Origin: an uncultured Rivularia sp.
GTDB lineage: Bacteria; Cyanobacteriota; Cyanobacteriia; Cyanobacteriales; Nostocaceae
NCBI GenBank assembly: GCA_963665115.1
Contig: OY762007.1
Location: forward strand, 6,528,001-6,592,000
Reading direction: 5' to 3'
DNA: 64,000 bases
Under the pieces are notes generated by a model. That model ran no database searches. It was not told where the DNA came from and saw only the letters and a list, made by a program, of their open reading frames with translations. The translations under genes were made by a program, and so were the position numbers. This document shows, in pieces, positions 30,468 to 41,815 of the stretch. Position 1 is the stretch's first letter. Each line of letters begins with the position of its first letter.

Positions 30468-31331
30468 ATGTCAAATCAAAATTTCAACGGTTTATTCGTG
30501 GGTTTAGTAACGCTGGATTTGATTTATCTGGCTGAATCTCCCCCGAAAAATAATCAAAAATTGGTTGCGGAAGACTATATCGTTGCGGCGGGTGGTCCGG
30601 TAACAAATGCTGCTGTTACTTTTAGTTACTTGGGTAATAATGCGGCTATCTCTGGTGTAATTGGTTGTCACCCAATGACGCAATTAATCAAAAGCGATTT
30701 AGCAAATTACCAAGTAGAAATAATTGACCATTACCCTACCATAGAAAACCCACCACCAGTATCTTCAATTATTGTCACTAAAGGTACGGGGGAGCGTGCT
30801 GTCATTTCTATTAATGCCGTTAAAACCCAAGTTGATAGCCAAGCTATTTTACCAGATTTACAAGACATAGATATTGTACTTATTGACGGGCATCAAATGG
30901 AATTGGGATGTGCGATCGCCAAAAAAGCCAAAGCGGAAAATATACCTGTAGTTATCGATGGTGGAAGCTGGAAACCTGGATTCGACAAACTTTTACCTTT
31001 TGTTGATTATGCCATTTGTTCGGCTAATTTCTATCCCCCAGATTGCGATAATTCTCAAGAAGTTTTTGCTTATCTAAATCAAATGGGTATTGCTCATATC
31101 GCCATCACTCACGGAGAGAAACCGATTCAATATTTATCTAAAAGTGAAATTAAAATGTTAGATGTTCCAAAAATACAATCTGCTGATACACTAGGGGCTG
31201 GAGATATTTTTCATGGTGCTTTTTGTAACTATGTATTGCAAGAAACATTTACATCTGCTTTAGAAGAAGCAGCCAAAATAGCAGCTTTATCCTGTGAATC
31301 TTTCGGAACTCGCCGTTGGATGGAAGTATAA
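30468..31331 (+). CDS. PfkB-family sugar kinase
   Basis: AGGPVTNAA and DTLGAGDIFHG motifs. ATG at 30468 is preferred because the upstream extension is STRR-derived. Confidence 0.9.
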   Translation: MSNQNFNGLFVGLVTLDLIYLAESPPKNNQKLVAEDYIVAAGGPVTNAAVTFSYLGNNAAISGVIGCHPMTQLIKSDLANYQVEIIDHYPTIENPPPVSSIIVTKGTGERAVISINAVKTQVDSQAILPDLQDIDIVLIDGHQMELGCAIAKKAKAENIPVVIDGGSWKPGFDKLLPFVDYAICSANFYPPDCDNSQEVFAYLNQMGIAHIAITHGEKPIQYLSKSEIKMLDVPKIQSADTLGAGDIFHGAFCNYVLQETFTSALEEAAKIAALSCESFGTRRWMEV

Positions 31332-31429
31332 ATTAACAGTTAGGTGTAAGAAGTTAATAGTTAGGAATTAATAAAAAAATTAACAACTAGTAACTAACAA
31401 CTAACCACTAACAACTATTAACTAATCAT

Positions 31430-32290
31430 ATGAAAGATTTACAATCTATTCTCGAATTAATTCGTCCTATTGCTTGGCGTGCATCTGAAATATTGCGCTC
31501 TTACTATCGCGGCGATAAACGAGATGATTTAAATGTAGAATATAAAGATGATAAAGGTAAAGATCCAGTAACAGCAGCAGATTTAGCCGTTAGTAATTAT
31601 ATTTTACAAAAATTGCGTTCGGAATTGGGTAGTGAAGATTTTGGCTATATCAGCGAAGAAACTTATCAGAAGCAAGATGGTAAAAATAATTCTGAATGGG
31701 TATGGATTATCGATCCTTTAGATGGGACAAAAGATTTTATTAATAAAACTGGCGAGTATGCGATTCATATTGCTTTGGTTAGAAATAAGCGTCCCGAATT
31801 AGCATTAGTAGCAATTCCTGAAGCTGAAAAATTATATTATGCAATTAAAGGTGGTGGTACATTTGTCGAAACTCTTGATGGCAATAGAAAATCAGTAAGG
31901 GTTTCTGAACGCGAAAATCCCCAAGATTTAACTTTAGTTGTAAGTCGCAGTCACCGTAATGACAAATTAAATTATCTCTTGGATAAATTACCTTTGAAAA
32001 ATCAAAAATCTGTGGGAAGCGTCGGTGGTAAAATTGTTGCAATTATCGAACAACAAGCCGATATTTATATTTCACTTTCAGGTAAATCCGCACCCAAAGA
32101 TTGGGATATGGCTGCACCAGAATTAATATTAACCGAAGCAGGCGGAAAATACACTCATTTTGACGGAACTCCATTACAATACAACACTGGAGATATTAAT
32201 CAATGGGGTGGTTTATTAGCCAGTAATGGTAAATGTCACGAAATGCTTTGTAAACAAGCAGAAACAATTATAGAAGAATTTGAGAAATAG
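31430..32290 (+). CDS. cysQ: 3'(2'),5'-bisphosphate nucleotidase (inositol monophosphatase family)
   Basis: PVTAAD, ISEE, WIIDPLDGTKDF and WDMAA motifs. Confidence 0.88.
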   Translation: MKDLQSILELIRPIAWRASEILRSYYRGDKRDDLNVEYKDDKGKDPVTAADLAVSNYILQKLRSELGSEDFGYISEETYQKQDGKNNSEWVWIIDPLDGTKDFINKTGEYAIHIALVRNKRPELALVAIPEAEKLYYAIKGGGTFVETLDGNRKSVRVSERENPQDLTLVVSRSHRNDKLNYLLDKLPLKNQKSVGSVGGKIVAIIEQQADIYISLSGKSAPKDWDMAAPELILTEAGGKYTHFDGTPLQYNTGDINQWGGLLASNGKCHEMLCKQAETIIEEFEK

Positions 32291-32431
32291 GGAATTGGGG
32301 ATTGGTAATTGGTAATTGGTAATTGGTAATTGGGCATTGGTAATTGGTAATTGGTAATTGGTAATTGGTAATTGGTAAATTAGAATTATTTAGAAAGCTA
32401 TAGGGAGCAAGATGCTCCCACTACAAATAAT

Positions 32432-33433
32432 TTACTGTTCACTGTTCACTGATTCAATCGCATTTTTCAAAACTTCAGCATGAAATTCCCAAGATAAATT
32501 GTCAACTGATAAACTTGGGATTCCTCTAATTCCATCTATTGCTAAACCTTGATTTATCAGTGTTTCTAAAATATGAAACTCTATTTCTGGATTTAATTTA
32601 TTAAGAATTACGGCTTTCCAATCGGTACGAAGTAATGAAAGAGCTAGTAATATTCCTGTAGCTCCCCAATTAGATACTCCGCAAACTATTAAATAATCAC
32701 ACTTAATTTTGCAGGCTATTTCTTCTCCATGACGAATGCTCGACGCAATAATTTCTCTGGGAATATTTCCCATTCCTAATTCATTACCACCATCACCAAT
32801 TCCCACCGAGATGATTTTTTCAGACTCAAATAATAAATGTAATGGTGCCGTATAAGCCGTAACGTCTTGTCCTCTCATGTTACGGATAATATCATCTTTA
32901 CTGGGACCGGCTCTTTCAATCGAAATTATATGAGATATTGGTGATGCTAAAGATTTCCAAAATTCTAAAAGCGATGTGACTGAATGTTGGTTTTCTTTAA
33001 CTTCCCCTACAGCGACAATATCTAAAGGTATATCCTTAGAAATTCCTGCTGCAACAACTGCTGTTTTTACGGTTTGATAACACAAAGAATCAGTTACAAT
33101 TCTTACCGATATTCCCAACTCATGCAAAGTCGCGGCTAATAACGCACTGCCTATAGGACCATCGGTTTCGGGGCATGGTGGATTGCCGTTAGGCATGAAA
33201 AAACCTGTAACAATCGCCACATTGGGATGAGGATGTTCCGCAATTGAACGAGCTGCTCCTAACAATCCTCCTTTAGCTACTTTCACCAAAGACTCAATTC
33301 CTCTACCTACATCTTGCGAACAAATACTTTCTAAGCGAGCTATTTTATCTAAAGTTTCGCGCTCATCACGACTGTGGCGATTACCTCCGGTAGAGCTTCG
33401 CTTAACGCATTGCGGTTTTTTTGTCATCAGCAA
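32432..33433 (-). CDS. DUF4392 / D-glutamate cyclase C-terminal-like protein
   Basis: TGF, ETDGPIG, ISIERAG, NMRG, GIGDGGNELGMG and VSNWG motifs. Confidence 0.85.
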   Translation of the reverse strand: MLMTKKPQCVKRSSTGGNRHSRDERETLDKIARLESICSQDVGRGIESLVKVAKGGLLGAARSIAEHPHPNVAIVTGFFMPNGNPPCPETDGPIGSALLAATLHELGISVRIVTDSLCYQTVKTAVVAAGISKDIPLDIVAVGEVKENQHSVTSLLEFWKSLASPISHIISIERAGPSKDDIIRNMRGQDVTAYTAPLHLLFESEKIISVGIGDGGNELGMGNIPREIIASSIRHGEEIACKIKCDYLIVCGVSNWGATGILLALSLLRTDWKAVILNKLNPEIEFHILETLINQGLAIDGIRGIPSLSVDNLSWEFHAEVLKNAIESVNSEQ

Positions 33434-33557
33434 AAAAGTAGGAGAGTTGAAGGATAAATAATTTCACAACCTAACTTGGATTAGATTTTAGATTAAACCG
33501 CAACTCCGATGAGGAAGAATTTGCAAATAATTAATCCATAATCCAAAATCGAATCGA

Positions 33558-34336
33558 TTACCAGGAAAAATGGTCATCTTTAACGTCTGTAACGAACATA
33601 TATCCCGGAGCGTGAGTAATTGCGATTTCTGGCTTTGCTTGAAGAATCGCGATTTGAGTTGTCACTCCACAAGCCCAGAATACAGGAATTTCCCCTTCAG
33701 CAATTGTTACAGCTTCACCAAAATCGGGAGCATCTATGTTTGTAATGCCAATTTCTTCGGGAGAGCCAAAGTGTATCGGCGTACCGTGAGCTTTAGGAAA
33801 ACGACTGGTAATTTGTACCGCACGAACAATGTCTGCTGGAGACAAAGGGGACGCATCGACACTACTAAAGGAGCAGAAAAATCTCCTGCTGTGTTGCAAG
33901 CAATATTAGTTTTGTACATTGGCACATTTTTACCTTCTTGGATATGTCTGACAGGAATTCCTTCATCCATCAACGCTGCTTCAAAGGAAAACGAACAGCC
34001 AACCAAGAAACCCACAAAATCATCTTGCCAAATATCGGAAACATCAGCGACTTCTTCCTGGAATTCTCCATCACGAAATATATGGTATCGCGGTAAATCC
34101 GTTCTCAAATCCGCACCAGCAGCAACGATTTCGGGTTCGGGATTTCCTACTTCCGTAACATCTAGCAAAGGACAAGGTTTGGGGTTGCGAGTGCAAAACA
34201 CTAAAAAATCAAATGCCAACTTTCTTGGTAAAACAACTAAATTTGCTTGTAGATATCCACAGGCAATTCCAGGAGTCGGAAAGTGAAATGCTCCTTGACG
34301 ACATTGAAACCGGACTTCACTGGGAGATAAATCCAT
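33558..34336 (-). CDS. DUF1445 putative hydro-lyase; apparent frameshift near 33845-33850
   Basis: [23 protein letters not shown] and VVSMRP, then in the next frame HGTP, FWACGVT and ITHAPG. Confidence 0.88.
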
Positions 34337-34773
34337 AATTCATCAACTTTTTTAGATTTATTTGTCGCAGGTAAATGGTAATTAAATTTTAAATACCACC
34401 TTTACCCTACAATCAATCTATTGCTTATTTCGGTATTAATTGTCTGTGTCTATTGAACCAATATAGTTTGATGCTGAATATATTCTTGACTACACCTAAA
34501 ATCAGGTAGTTCTTTTAATGCTGCTAGTTTTTGACAATCCCAATTTTGAACAAATATTTTATCCTACACCCTCGAAGGGTGCGGCTATACAAACAAAGCC
34601 CACCTGCGTAGACTCTTTATTAATTCGGTATGTACTTATAGTTACGATAAATAACTTTTTACTTCTCTTTTTTTACTTAATCCTTAGTTATAAATAATTC
34701 ATCAAGTTACTTGCAGGTAGGTAATCGTAGTAAAGGCTGACAACGAATAAATCATAAGTAGAAGCATTGATAT

Positions 34774-35736
34774 TTGTTTATATCTTGCAGAAAATATCTC
34801 TCTTTTATTTGTATAGCTCTACCATTTGCATTATTGATATCTACCATAAAAACTTATACAAATCTATCTAATAAAAATAAAATTATTGCTTTCCAAAGTA
34901 TTGGAATTAGTTTGTACCGTTTAATAATTCCTACATTGGCGATCGCCCTTATTTTCATAATACTCATGTTCGTTTTCCAAGAGTTGATTATTCCTCCTGC
35001 AAATTACCAAGCAGCGATGGTTTTAGAAAATCAGTTAGATATAGATAGAACCCAATTAGCCAAGTACAACAAAAAAGAGATTATCTATCAAGAATTTGAA
35101 ACCGATAATAACCAAAAACATTTAAAACTACTATTTTTCGCCGATAACTTTGATGGTGAAAAAATGAGAGATATTACCTTACTCAAATTTAAAAATCGAA
35201 AAATTAGACAATTTATAATTGCTCGCTCTACAAAATGGAATAATCAAACAAAACAATGGGAATTATTTTCTGGTAAATTCAAATTATTAAATAGCAACAA
35301 TACTTATGTTGTCAGTCAAGACTTCGATAAATTATCTTTAAGCTTAACTAGAAAAATATTTGATTATGCCAATCATCATCTTGATAATCGCGAAATGAAT
35401 ACTATCGATTTATATCGTAGACTAACAGTTGTCAAAAATACTGGGAATACAAAACAAATCCGTGAATTACAGATTAGCATCCAAGAAAGGTATGCAACAC
35501 CTGTTTCTTGTTTGATATTTAGCTTTCTTGGTTCAACTTTAGGGATAAGTTCGAGAAAACAAGCCAATCGCAATAGTTTGGGTATTGCAGCAATCGTTAT
35601 TTGCGTTTATTATTCAACTCAATTTTTGAGTACCGCTTTAAGTGTTGCAGAAGTAATTCCAGTATTTTGGGGAGTTTGGTTTCCTAATTTTAATGGTTTA
35701 TTAATTGGTTGGTTTTTATTGAAGTTTAAATGTTGA
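34774..35736 (+). CDS. LptF/LptG-family permease, apparently 5'-truncated
   Basis: GISLYRLIIP, FQELIIPPAN and WFPN motifs; the first transmembrane segments typical of the family are missing. Confidence 0.65.
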   Translation: MFISCRKYLSFICIALPFALLISTIKTYTNLSNKNKIIAFQSIGISLYRLIIPTLAIALIFIILMFVFQELIIPPANYQAAMVLENQLDIDRTQLAKYNKKEIIYQEFETDNNQKHLKLLFFADNFDGEKMRDITLLKFKNRKIRQFIIARSTKWNNQTKQWELFSGKFKLLNSNNTYVVSQDFDKLSLSLTRKIFDYANHHLDNREMNTIDLYRRLTVVKNTGNTKQIRELQISIQERYATPVSCLIFSFLGSTLGISSRKQANRNSLGIAAIVICVYYSTQFLSTALSVAEVIPVFWGVWFPNFNGLLIGWFLLKFKC

Positions 35737-35823
35737 ATTACTCTGTCTATTTATATATTAAACTTTATTTTTATATATCGATATGATATAATTTTTTGGC
35801 AGATAAAAATAATAGAATTCAAC

Positions 35824-36186
35824 ATGAAAATGAAAAAATCTATTTTATTATTGCCAATTGCTGTTATCGTTATTTTCGCGGTTGTATTCTCATCAGTTTT
35901 TCTGCCTCGCATTAAGGTAGAAATTACAATACAGCCTCAATATCAATCAATTGCTAAAGCTGAGAAGAAAGATAGTATAGATAATTTAGATATAAATAAA
36001 CCGCATTGTATGGTTTTACATGGTGATGGCTATAAAGATGGAAAAATGACTAAAATTATCAATGAACATTATGATAAAGGATATCGCCTTAAGAGCTTTT
36101 CTGCTGTTCCTAGTAACATGACTCTCATCGGCAATAGTGCTTCTATAATGAGCTATACCTATTTTGCTCCAATGTGCAAAGAGTGA
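35824..36186 (+). CDS. Hypothetical protein with N-terminal signal/anchor
   Basis: 120-aa ORF, basic start then hydrophobic stretch. Confidence 0.6.
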   Translation: MKMKKSILLLPIAVIVIFAVVFSSVFLPRIKVEITIQPQYQSIAKAEKKDSIDNLDINKPHCMVLHGDGYKDGKMTKIINEHYDKGYRLKSFSAVPSNMTLIGNSASIMSYTYFAPMCKE

Positions 36187-36248
36187 TAGCAAAAATCACA
36201 AAATAAGCATTCCTATTTCTAAATTTTAAGTTCGTCAATAAAAACTGG

Positions 36249-36656
36249 CTAATAATTTTTAGACGATAAAATATTATTACTCAAAACACCACCAATTTGA
36301 AGTCCAAGTACGCCACATCCAAAACTAATAGCAATAGTAATATATGATGTTTCAATAGGGCTGACACCATCAAATATTCCAGTTAAAGCACACACTTTAT
36401 AACCGAAACAAAAACCAGCAATTAATCCAAGTGTTGCTCCGATAGTACGAATAACCGAAAATCCATAGTTTCGAGTATCTTTATTCTTAAATAAATAAAT
36501 TATTGCCGTCAATCCACCGTATACCAATAGATAAATTAAAATCGATTGCTTAGTAGCTGGGTTGAGAGGTAAGGAAAGCATATATATTATTAAAGCAATA
36601 CAGCCAGCAAAGAATGCAATGCTTAAAATCAAGGAAACCTTTCTGTTTAAAGACAT
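36249..36656 (-). CDS. Hypothetical membrane protein (about 4 TM)
   Basis: 135-aa ORF with four hydrophobic segments. Confidence 0.6.
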   Translation of the reverse strand: MSLNRKVSLILSIAFFAGCIALIIYMLSLPLNPATKQSILIYLLVYGGLTAIIYLFKNKDTRNYGFSVIRTIGATLGLIAGFCFGYKVCALTGIFDGVSPIETSYITIAISFGCGVLGLQIGGVLSNNILSSKNY

Positions 36657-36724
36657 GGTTTTAAAATTTATGTATCAATCTGATTTTTATAGCTTACATT
36701 CTTATCGTTCCATAATTAAAGGTT

Positions 36725-37069
36725 TTGCTCATGTATCAATTAACTGAAGTAAATAAATACGTATTACTAGCTATCGGCTCTGGAGCTATAGGGGGATTAA
36801 TTCAAGCGATTATCCAAGATATTGTTAGTCAAATAAAAAATAGTCCAGTAAAAAACTTTGTTCAGAAAATAAAGCTTTATCTATCTTCTTGTATAACTGG
36901 CAGTATTTTAACCGGAATATTCGGTTTTATTCTTTTTGAATTTGATACCAATACACCAATCGAAAATACTAAAAAATATATAATCCCTTATGCAATAATT
37001 CTTCTACCTTTAATAACTTTAAGTACAGAGCTATTAACAAATTTTGTATTTAAAAAACAAGATAATTAA
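36725..37069 (+). CDS. Small membrane protein (about 3 TM), paralog A
   Basis: Ends NFVFKKQDN; homologous to the ORF at 37290. Confidence 0.7.
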   Translation: MLMYQLTEVNKYVLLAIGSGAIGGLIQAIIQDIVSQIKNSPVKNFVQKIKLYLSSCITGSILTGIFGFILFEFDTNTPIENTKKYIIPYAIILLPLITLSTELLTNFVFKKQDN

Positions 37070-37074
37070 TATTT

Positions 37075-37165
37075 GTAGGGTGTGTTGTCACAGAGTGCAA
37101 CGCACCATTCATTTACCATTAATCAATATTTAGGTGCGTTAGACTGAAGTCATAACGCACCCTAC
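37075..37165. repeat. REPIN-like pair of GTAGGGTG palindromes
   Basis: GTAGGGTGTGTTG..CAACGCACC, short spacer, GGTGCGTTA..TAACGCACCCTAC. Confidence 0.8.
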
Positions 37166-37289
37166 GACTATAATTTTTTTTTGTATAAAAGATAGGGTAA
37201 TTTATCGAAGTTAATCAGCCAATATGCTATGATTTAATGATTTATTTGTAAACATTTTTAATCTAATTTTGAGTTGAAAGGTTTTAATT

Positions 37290-37641
37290 ATGCATAAATT
37301 TAGTGAAATAGACAACTATATGCTATTAGCCCTGCTATTAGCTATTGCTTCCGGCGCTTTAATAGGGTTAATTTCGCAATTGATAAAAGATATTTTTAGT
37401 AAAATTAGTAATCAACCAGCACCAAGTAATATTTCAAAGTTAAGGGTCTTATGCTGATGCTAGTTTTATGTTTGCTATACCGATGGGGATGATTGCTTTT
37501 ATTGGCTTAATTTTTAATACAGCTACACCAATAAAAAACGTTAGAGAATTTATCTTTCCCTATATAATAATTGGGATGCCTTCAATGGTTTTAGTAATAC
37601 AGATATTCCAAAATTTTGTATTTAAAAAACAAGATAATTAA
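37290..37641 (+). CDS. Small membrane protein, paralog B; apparent frameshift at 37444-37446
   Basis: Manual translation MHKFSEIDNYMLLALLLAIASGALIGLISQLIKDIFSKI...; removing one G gives ...FIFPYIIIGMPSMVLVIQIFQNFVFKKQDN. Confidence 0.7.
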
Positions 37642-37701
37642 TATTTGTAGGGTGTGTTGTCACGGAGTGCAACGCACCATCCAAAAGATAATTGCGATTA
37701 A

Positions 37702-38040
37702 TTAACTATCACCAGTAACTTCATCTTGCTTCCTAGAAAACAACTTTGAATATCCAAATACAAGTGAATTTGACAAAATAGTAGAAACTATTAATAAAGA
37801 TGAGTAAATAACAATCATTTGTATAGGTTTCGAGTCAGCATAATTAAAAGCATAAAATATTACACCTAAAAAAAGACCATAAGTGAAACCTGAAAGCAAA
37901 CACTGCTTTGTAATCGTTTTAAAATTTGCGATATATCTCTTTTTTACAACCGTTTCAAATAAGCTATCAATAGCCCTGACGGAAGCAGCAGAAAAAATCC
38001 CAGCAGATACGGCAGTTATGGCAATTTTTGCAGATAACAT
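37702..38040 (-). CDS. Small membrane protein (about 3 TM), possible distant paralog
   Basis: Similar length and hydropathy pattern; ends FSRKQDE. Confidence 0.55.
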   Translation of the reverse strand: MLSAKIAITAVSAGIFSAASVRAIDSLFETVVKKRYIANFKTITKQCLLSGFTYGLFLGVIFYAFNYADSKPIQMIVIYSSLLIVSTILSNSLVFGYSKLFSRKQDEVTGDS

Positions 38041-38211
38041 AACTCAAATATTTTCACAGAGGGCGTACATAAATATAATCCCACAACAACGCAATTGATG
38101 AAGCGTTTGATTTTTGTAAATATTCATTTTAATTGACGCGAAAAACCCAATCCCAAAAATGTAGAGACGTAATATATTACGTCTCCCTATAATTCCAACC
38201 ACAAACGAGCA

Positions 38212-38676
38212 TCAATCTTGCGATTCACGATACCCATAAAAGTTAACGCTGTAATCAGTTATCTTAACTCCCGTCTTCTCTTCTACATAACGAAGCACTT
38301 CTAATGGTAATTCTAAATGAACGTCTAAAATTTGATTTGTATCCAAACAGTTAACATGACTGTGAGAATCGCTAATATTTCCGTACAAACGCCCATCGCA
38401 GCGTTCGATACATTCAATAATACTTCCAGAAGATAGCGCTTCTAAATTCTGGTAAACGGATGTATGTCCAATTTCTTTACCTTCTAAATTCAACCTATCG
38501 TAAATTTCACGAGCAGAAAGATGTTCGTTTGCTTTCCACAATAACTCTAAAATGTAACGACGCTGACGGCTAACCCGCATCCCCTGAGTTTGACATCTTT
38601 CTAATGCGTCTTCTAAGGAACGAATTGGGTTTGTAGATAATGTTTGTTTTTGCATATTGGTATTTTTAACTATCAA
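38212..38676 (-). CDS. furC: Fur-family regulator FurC/PerR
   Basis: IRSLEDALERCQ..GMRVSRQRR, GHTSVYQNLEAL and SHSHVNCLDT match the cyanobacterial FurC type. Confidence 0.88.
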   Translation of the reverse strand: MIVKNTNMQKQTLSTNPIRSLEDALERCQTQGMRVSRQRRYILELLWKANEHLSAREIYDRLNLEGKEIGHTSVYQNLEALSSGSIIECIERCDGRLYGNISDSHSHVNCLDTNQILDVHLELPLEVLRYVEEKTGVKITDYSVNFYGYRESQD

Positions 38677-39379
38677 AGTTTATTTTTTGTTTTATAGATG
38701 CAAAAATGAAAGTAACCCCACACATTATCCTTGACTCACATTTTCCAGCTTTATATCTATAAGGATGCAGTTTGATAGGAGATACTTTGGAAGGCTCGCA
38801 AAAGTCTAGTTTGTCACCAGTCAATCTAAAATAAACTCATTACCACTTTAGCTTAAAGTCACTACAAACGTCTACTTAAGGGCTAGATTTGCTGTTACAC
38901 GGCAATAATTTATTAAGAAAGGGAGTGGGGAGTAGGGAGTAGGAAAGGTACTAAGTATTTTTCGCATCCTGTTATATTTCCTGAAAAAAGCTGCGAGTTT
39001 GACTTTTTCCGCAATCGTACTGAGTCACTATATTTATATTTTCTTTTCAATTAATTTACTAGGTAAGTGTAAATAATTAGATACTTTTAATTTTATCAGT
39101 AATCGCCCCTATTTTTTGCATTCACGAAAAAACAAGAAAGATAAGTATCGCAAGTTAAAACGAAAATAACTGTGGTTTCTACTTAAATCAAAAGCCTGGA
39201 AACTTGTAATTCAGTATATCTACTTATTCTCATATAGTATGGTGTATTTACATAATGTCAGAAAAGAAGCTCGAAAAGTTACGATTTTTCTCTCGAATTA
39301 AGCACATCTACTGAACGGTATTTTCTGAAATTGACAAACCAGTTAATAACCGTAATTCCAATTAACCAGATTTAACAGG

Positions 39380-41639
39380 GTGATAAAAATGCAGAGTAAT
39401 TCAAATGAAACTCCGAGCATGAATAATGGTTTTAATAATTCTCCTCGGAGAATGCCGATCTTAGATATGAACTCGCCATCCGCACCTCGCCAAATGCCCA
39501 GTAGCGATATGGATGCTTCATCATCTTACGGACATATGCAGAAAGTTTTGGTAGAGATGCGCGTACCCAACAATCAAGGTGTATTGGCTGCATCTAGAAC
39601 TGCTGCACAAATCAATGTAGGTAGTTTCAGGTTTGATGCCAGCTACGAACCGATAACCGTTAATCCTAGTGGCGAGCAAGTATCTAGCATACGAGCTCAT
39701 AACGAAGAAACAGTTATCGTGCGGGGATCGATCGAAGAAAGCGATATTCAAGAATTGGAATCACAATCTAATGTAGTCAAAGTTTATAAAGACACCCCCA
39801 TTGCACCTTTCGACATTGCCTTATTAGAAAAAAACAAAGATTTAGTCGCACCGATGGAAGGGGCGCAAGATTGCCCGATCGGTACCTGCGACTGCTCCCC
39901 AACCACAGCCAAGGGAACTATGGCTGATGTCGCCAAGTATTTTGGTGCAGATCAAATTTGGTCGGCTGGATTTAAAGGAGAAGGTATTGTTGTTGGTATT
40001 GTCGATGGTGGAATAACTGCTGAAGGCCGCGATTGTGGTCCTTCAGAAACCATTCGTCGCGTCAAAAATGTTATCGGTGGCCCCCGCATCCGATTGGGGA
40101 ACTACTGCTAAGGAATGGGGCGAACACGGTAATATGTCCGCTACCGATGTATTGGGAATGGCACCCGCAGCTAAACTTTACGATTGTCGGATTGCTGGTG
40201 GTGATGCAGTTTCCAATGCTTTAAAAGTATTCGATTGGGCAATTAAACAGTACCAAACCGACGGTACCCCACAAATTCTCACCAACAGTTGGGGAATTTA
40301 TCAAGAAAGCTGGGATGAATTTTACGCAAATAATCCCGAACATCCCTTTACCCGGAAAGTTGTTGAAGCGATCGAACTAGGCATTTTAGTATTATTTGCA
40401 GCAGGTAACTGCGGAGGAAGTTGTCCGAGCCAAAGATGCGGAACTGATTTTGGTTCTGGTAAGAGCATCTGGGGTGCAAACGGACATCCTTTAGTTATGA
40501 CTGTTGGTGCAGTTAATAAAGAAGAACAGTTTATTGGTTACAGCAGCCAGGGGCCAGCATCTTTAGACGATCAAAAACCAGATTTTTGCTCGGTAAGTCA
40601 TTTTAAAGGTTATTTTGCCAGCGATAACGGTACCTCAGCAGCTTGTCCGATTGCTGCTGGTGTAGTAGCGTTGCTCAAACAGGCTAAATCTGACTTAAAT
40701 CAGCAAGAAGCCAAAGATTTACTCAAAAATACCGCGAAAAATATCGGCGAACCCGGTTTTGATCATCATTCCGGTGCTGGAATTATTCAAGCAAAAGCAG
40801 CATTCGACCAGCTTTTACCTCAACAGCCAAAATGGCACGAATGGGAAAGTTGGGGAGGCAACAGTTTTTATGCACCTGCGGTAGTATCTTCTGGAGAAAA
40901 TCATCTTGATGCCTTTATCGTTGGTGGTGACAGCGCTATCTATCGTAAATCTTGGCATGAAGACAAAAATCCCGGCGAGTGGGAGAAGATAGAAGGTTTT
41001 AGTTTAGGTAGTCCTGCGGTATTAGCCCGTGACTTAAACAACATCGATTTATTCATTATTTCCCAAGACAGAACCTTACAGCGTAAATGCTGGGACGGTA
41101 AAATTTGGGGTGAATGGGAAAATTTAGGTGGTGTATGCAAGCACGGTGTTGCCGCCGCCGCTTGGGGTAGCCGATTAGATTTATTTAGCGTAGCTGCCGA
41201 CAATGCCGTTTGGCACAAATTCTGGGATGGAAGTTGTTGGAGTGAATGGTTATCTTTGGGCGGTATAAGTTTAGGTGCCCCCGCAGCAGTTTCTACCACC
41301 GAGAATTCCGTTGACGTATTTATTAAAGGTTGCGATCGCGCCATATATCGCAAAACTTGGAATGGCACATCGTGGAGCAGTAATTGGGAAAGCTTAGGTG
41401 GAGAATGGGCATACTCCCCCGCAGTCACTTCCGGAAATGGCGATCGCCTCGATGTATTTGCAGTCGGTACCGATAACGCCGTATACCGCAAAGTATGCAA
41501 TGGTTCCGTTTGGGGTGAATGGGAAAACCTCGGTGGAGCATCACTATCCGCACCCGCAGCCGTATCCTCAGCACAAAGCCGCATTGATATATTTGCCGTC
41601 GGTGCCGATAGTGCCTTGTATCACAAGTGGTTGAGTTAA
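39380..41639 (+). CDS. S8 subtilisin-like protease with C-terminal Trp-rich beta-propeller repeats; apparent frameshift at 40081-40085
   Basis: Triad VGIVDGG / HGNMSA / GTSAACP, oxyanion AAGN, and six W.EWE.LGG...D.F..G.D repeats. Confidence 0.85.
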
Positions 41640-41815
41640 TTTGGGGATAGGGCATGGGGCATTGGGCATCGGTAATTGGGAAGAAATAAAATTTTTAATT
41701 TCTAACTCCTAACTCCTAACTCCTAATTCTAGAGACGTAGCACTGCTACGTCTCTACACTCCCAACTATCAATCCAAAATCGTTTTGGTGCTAGTGTAAA
41801 ATGTCGTAGCTCAAT

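Noticed and set aside
33570..34286. Long antisense ORFs (also 40940-41584 and 127-501)
   Set aside because: Shadows of well-supported genes on the opposite strand
37039..37680. Integron attC sites or DGR template/variable repeats
   Set aside because: No integrase or reverse transcriptase in the window, only one mismatch between copies, and the hairpin matches a dispersed REP family
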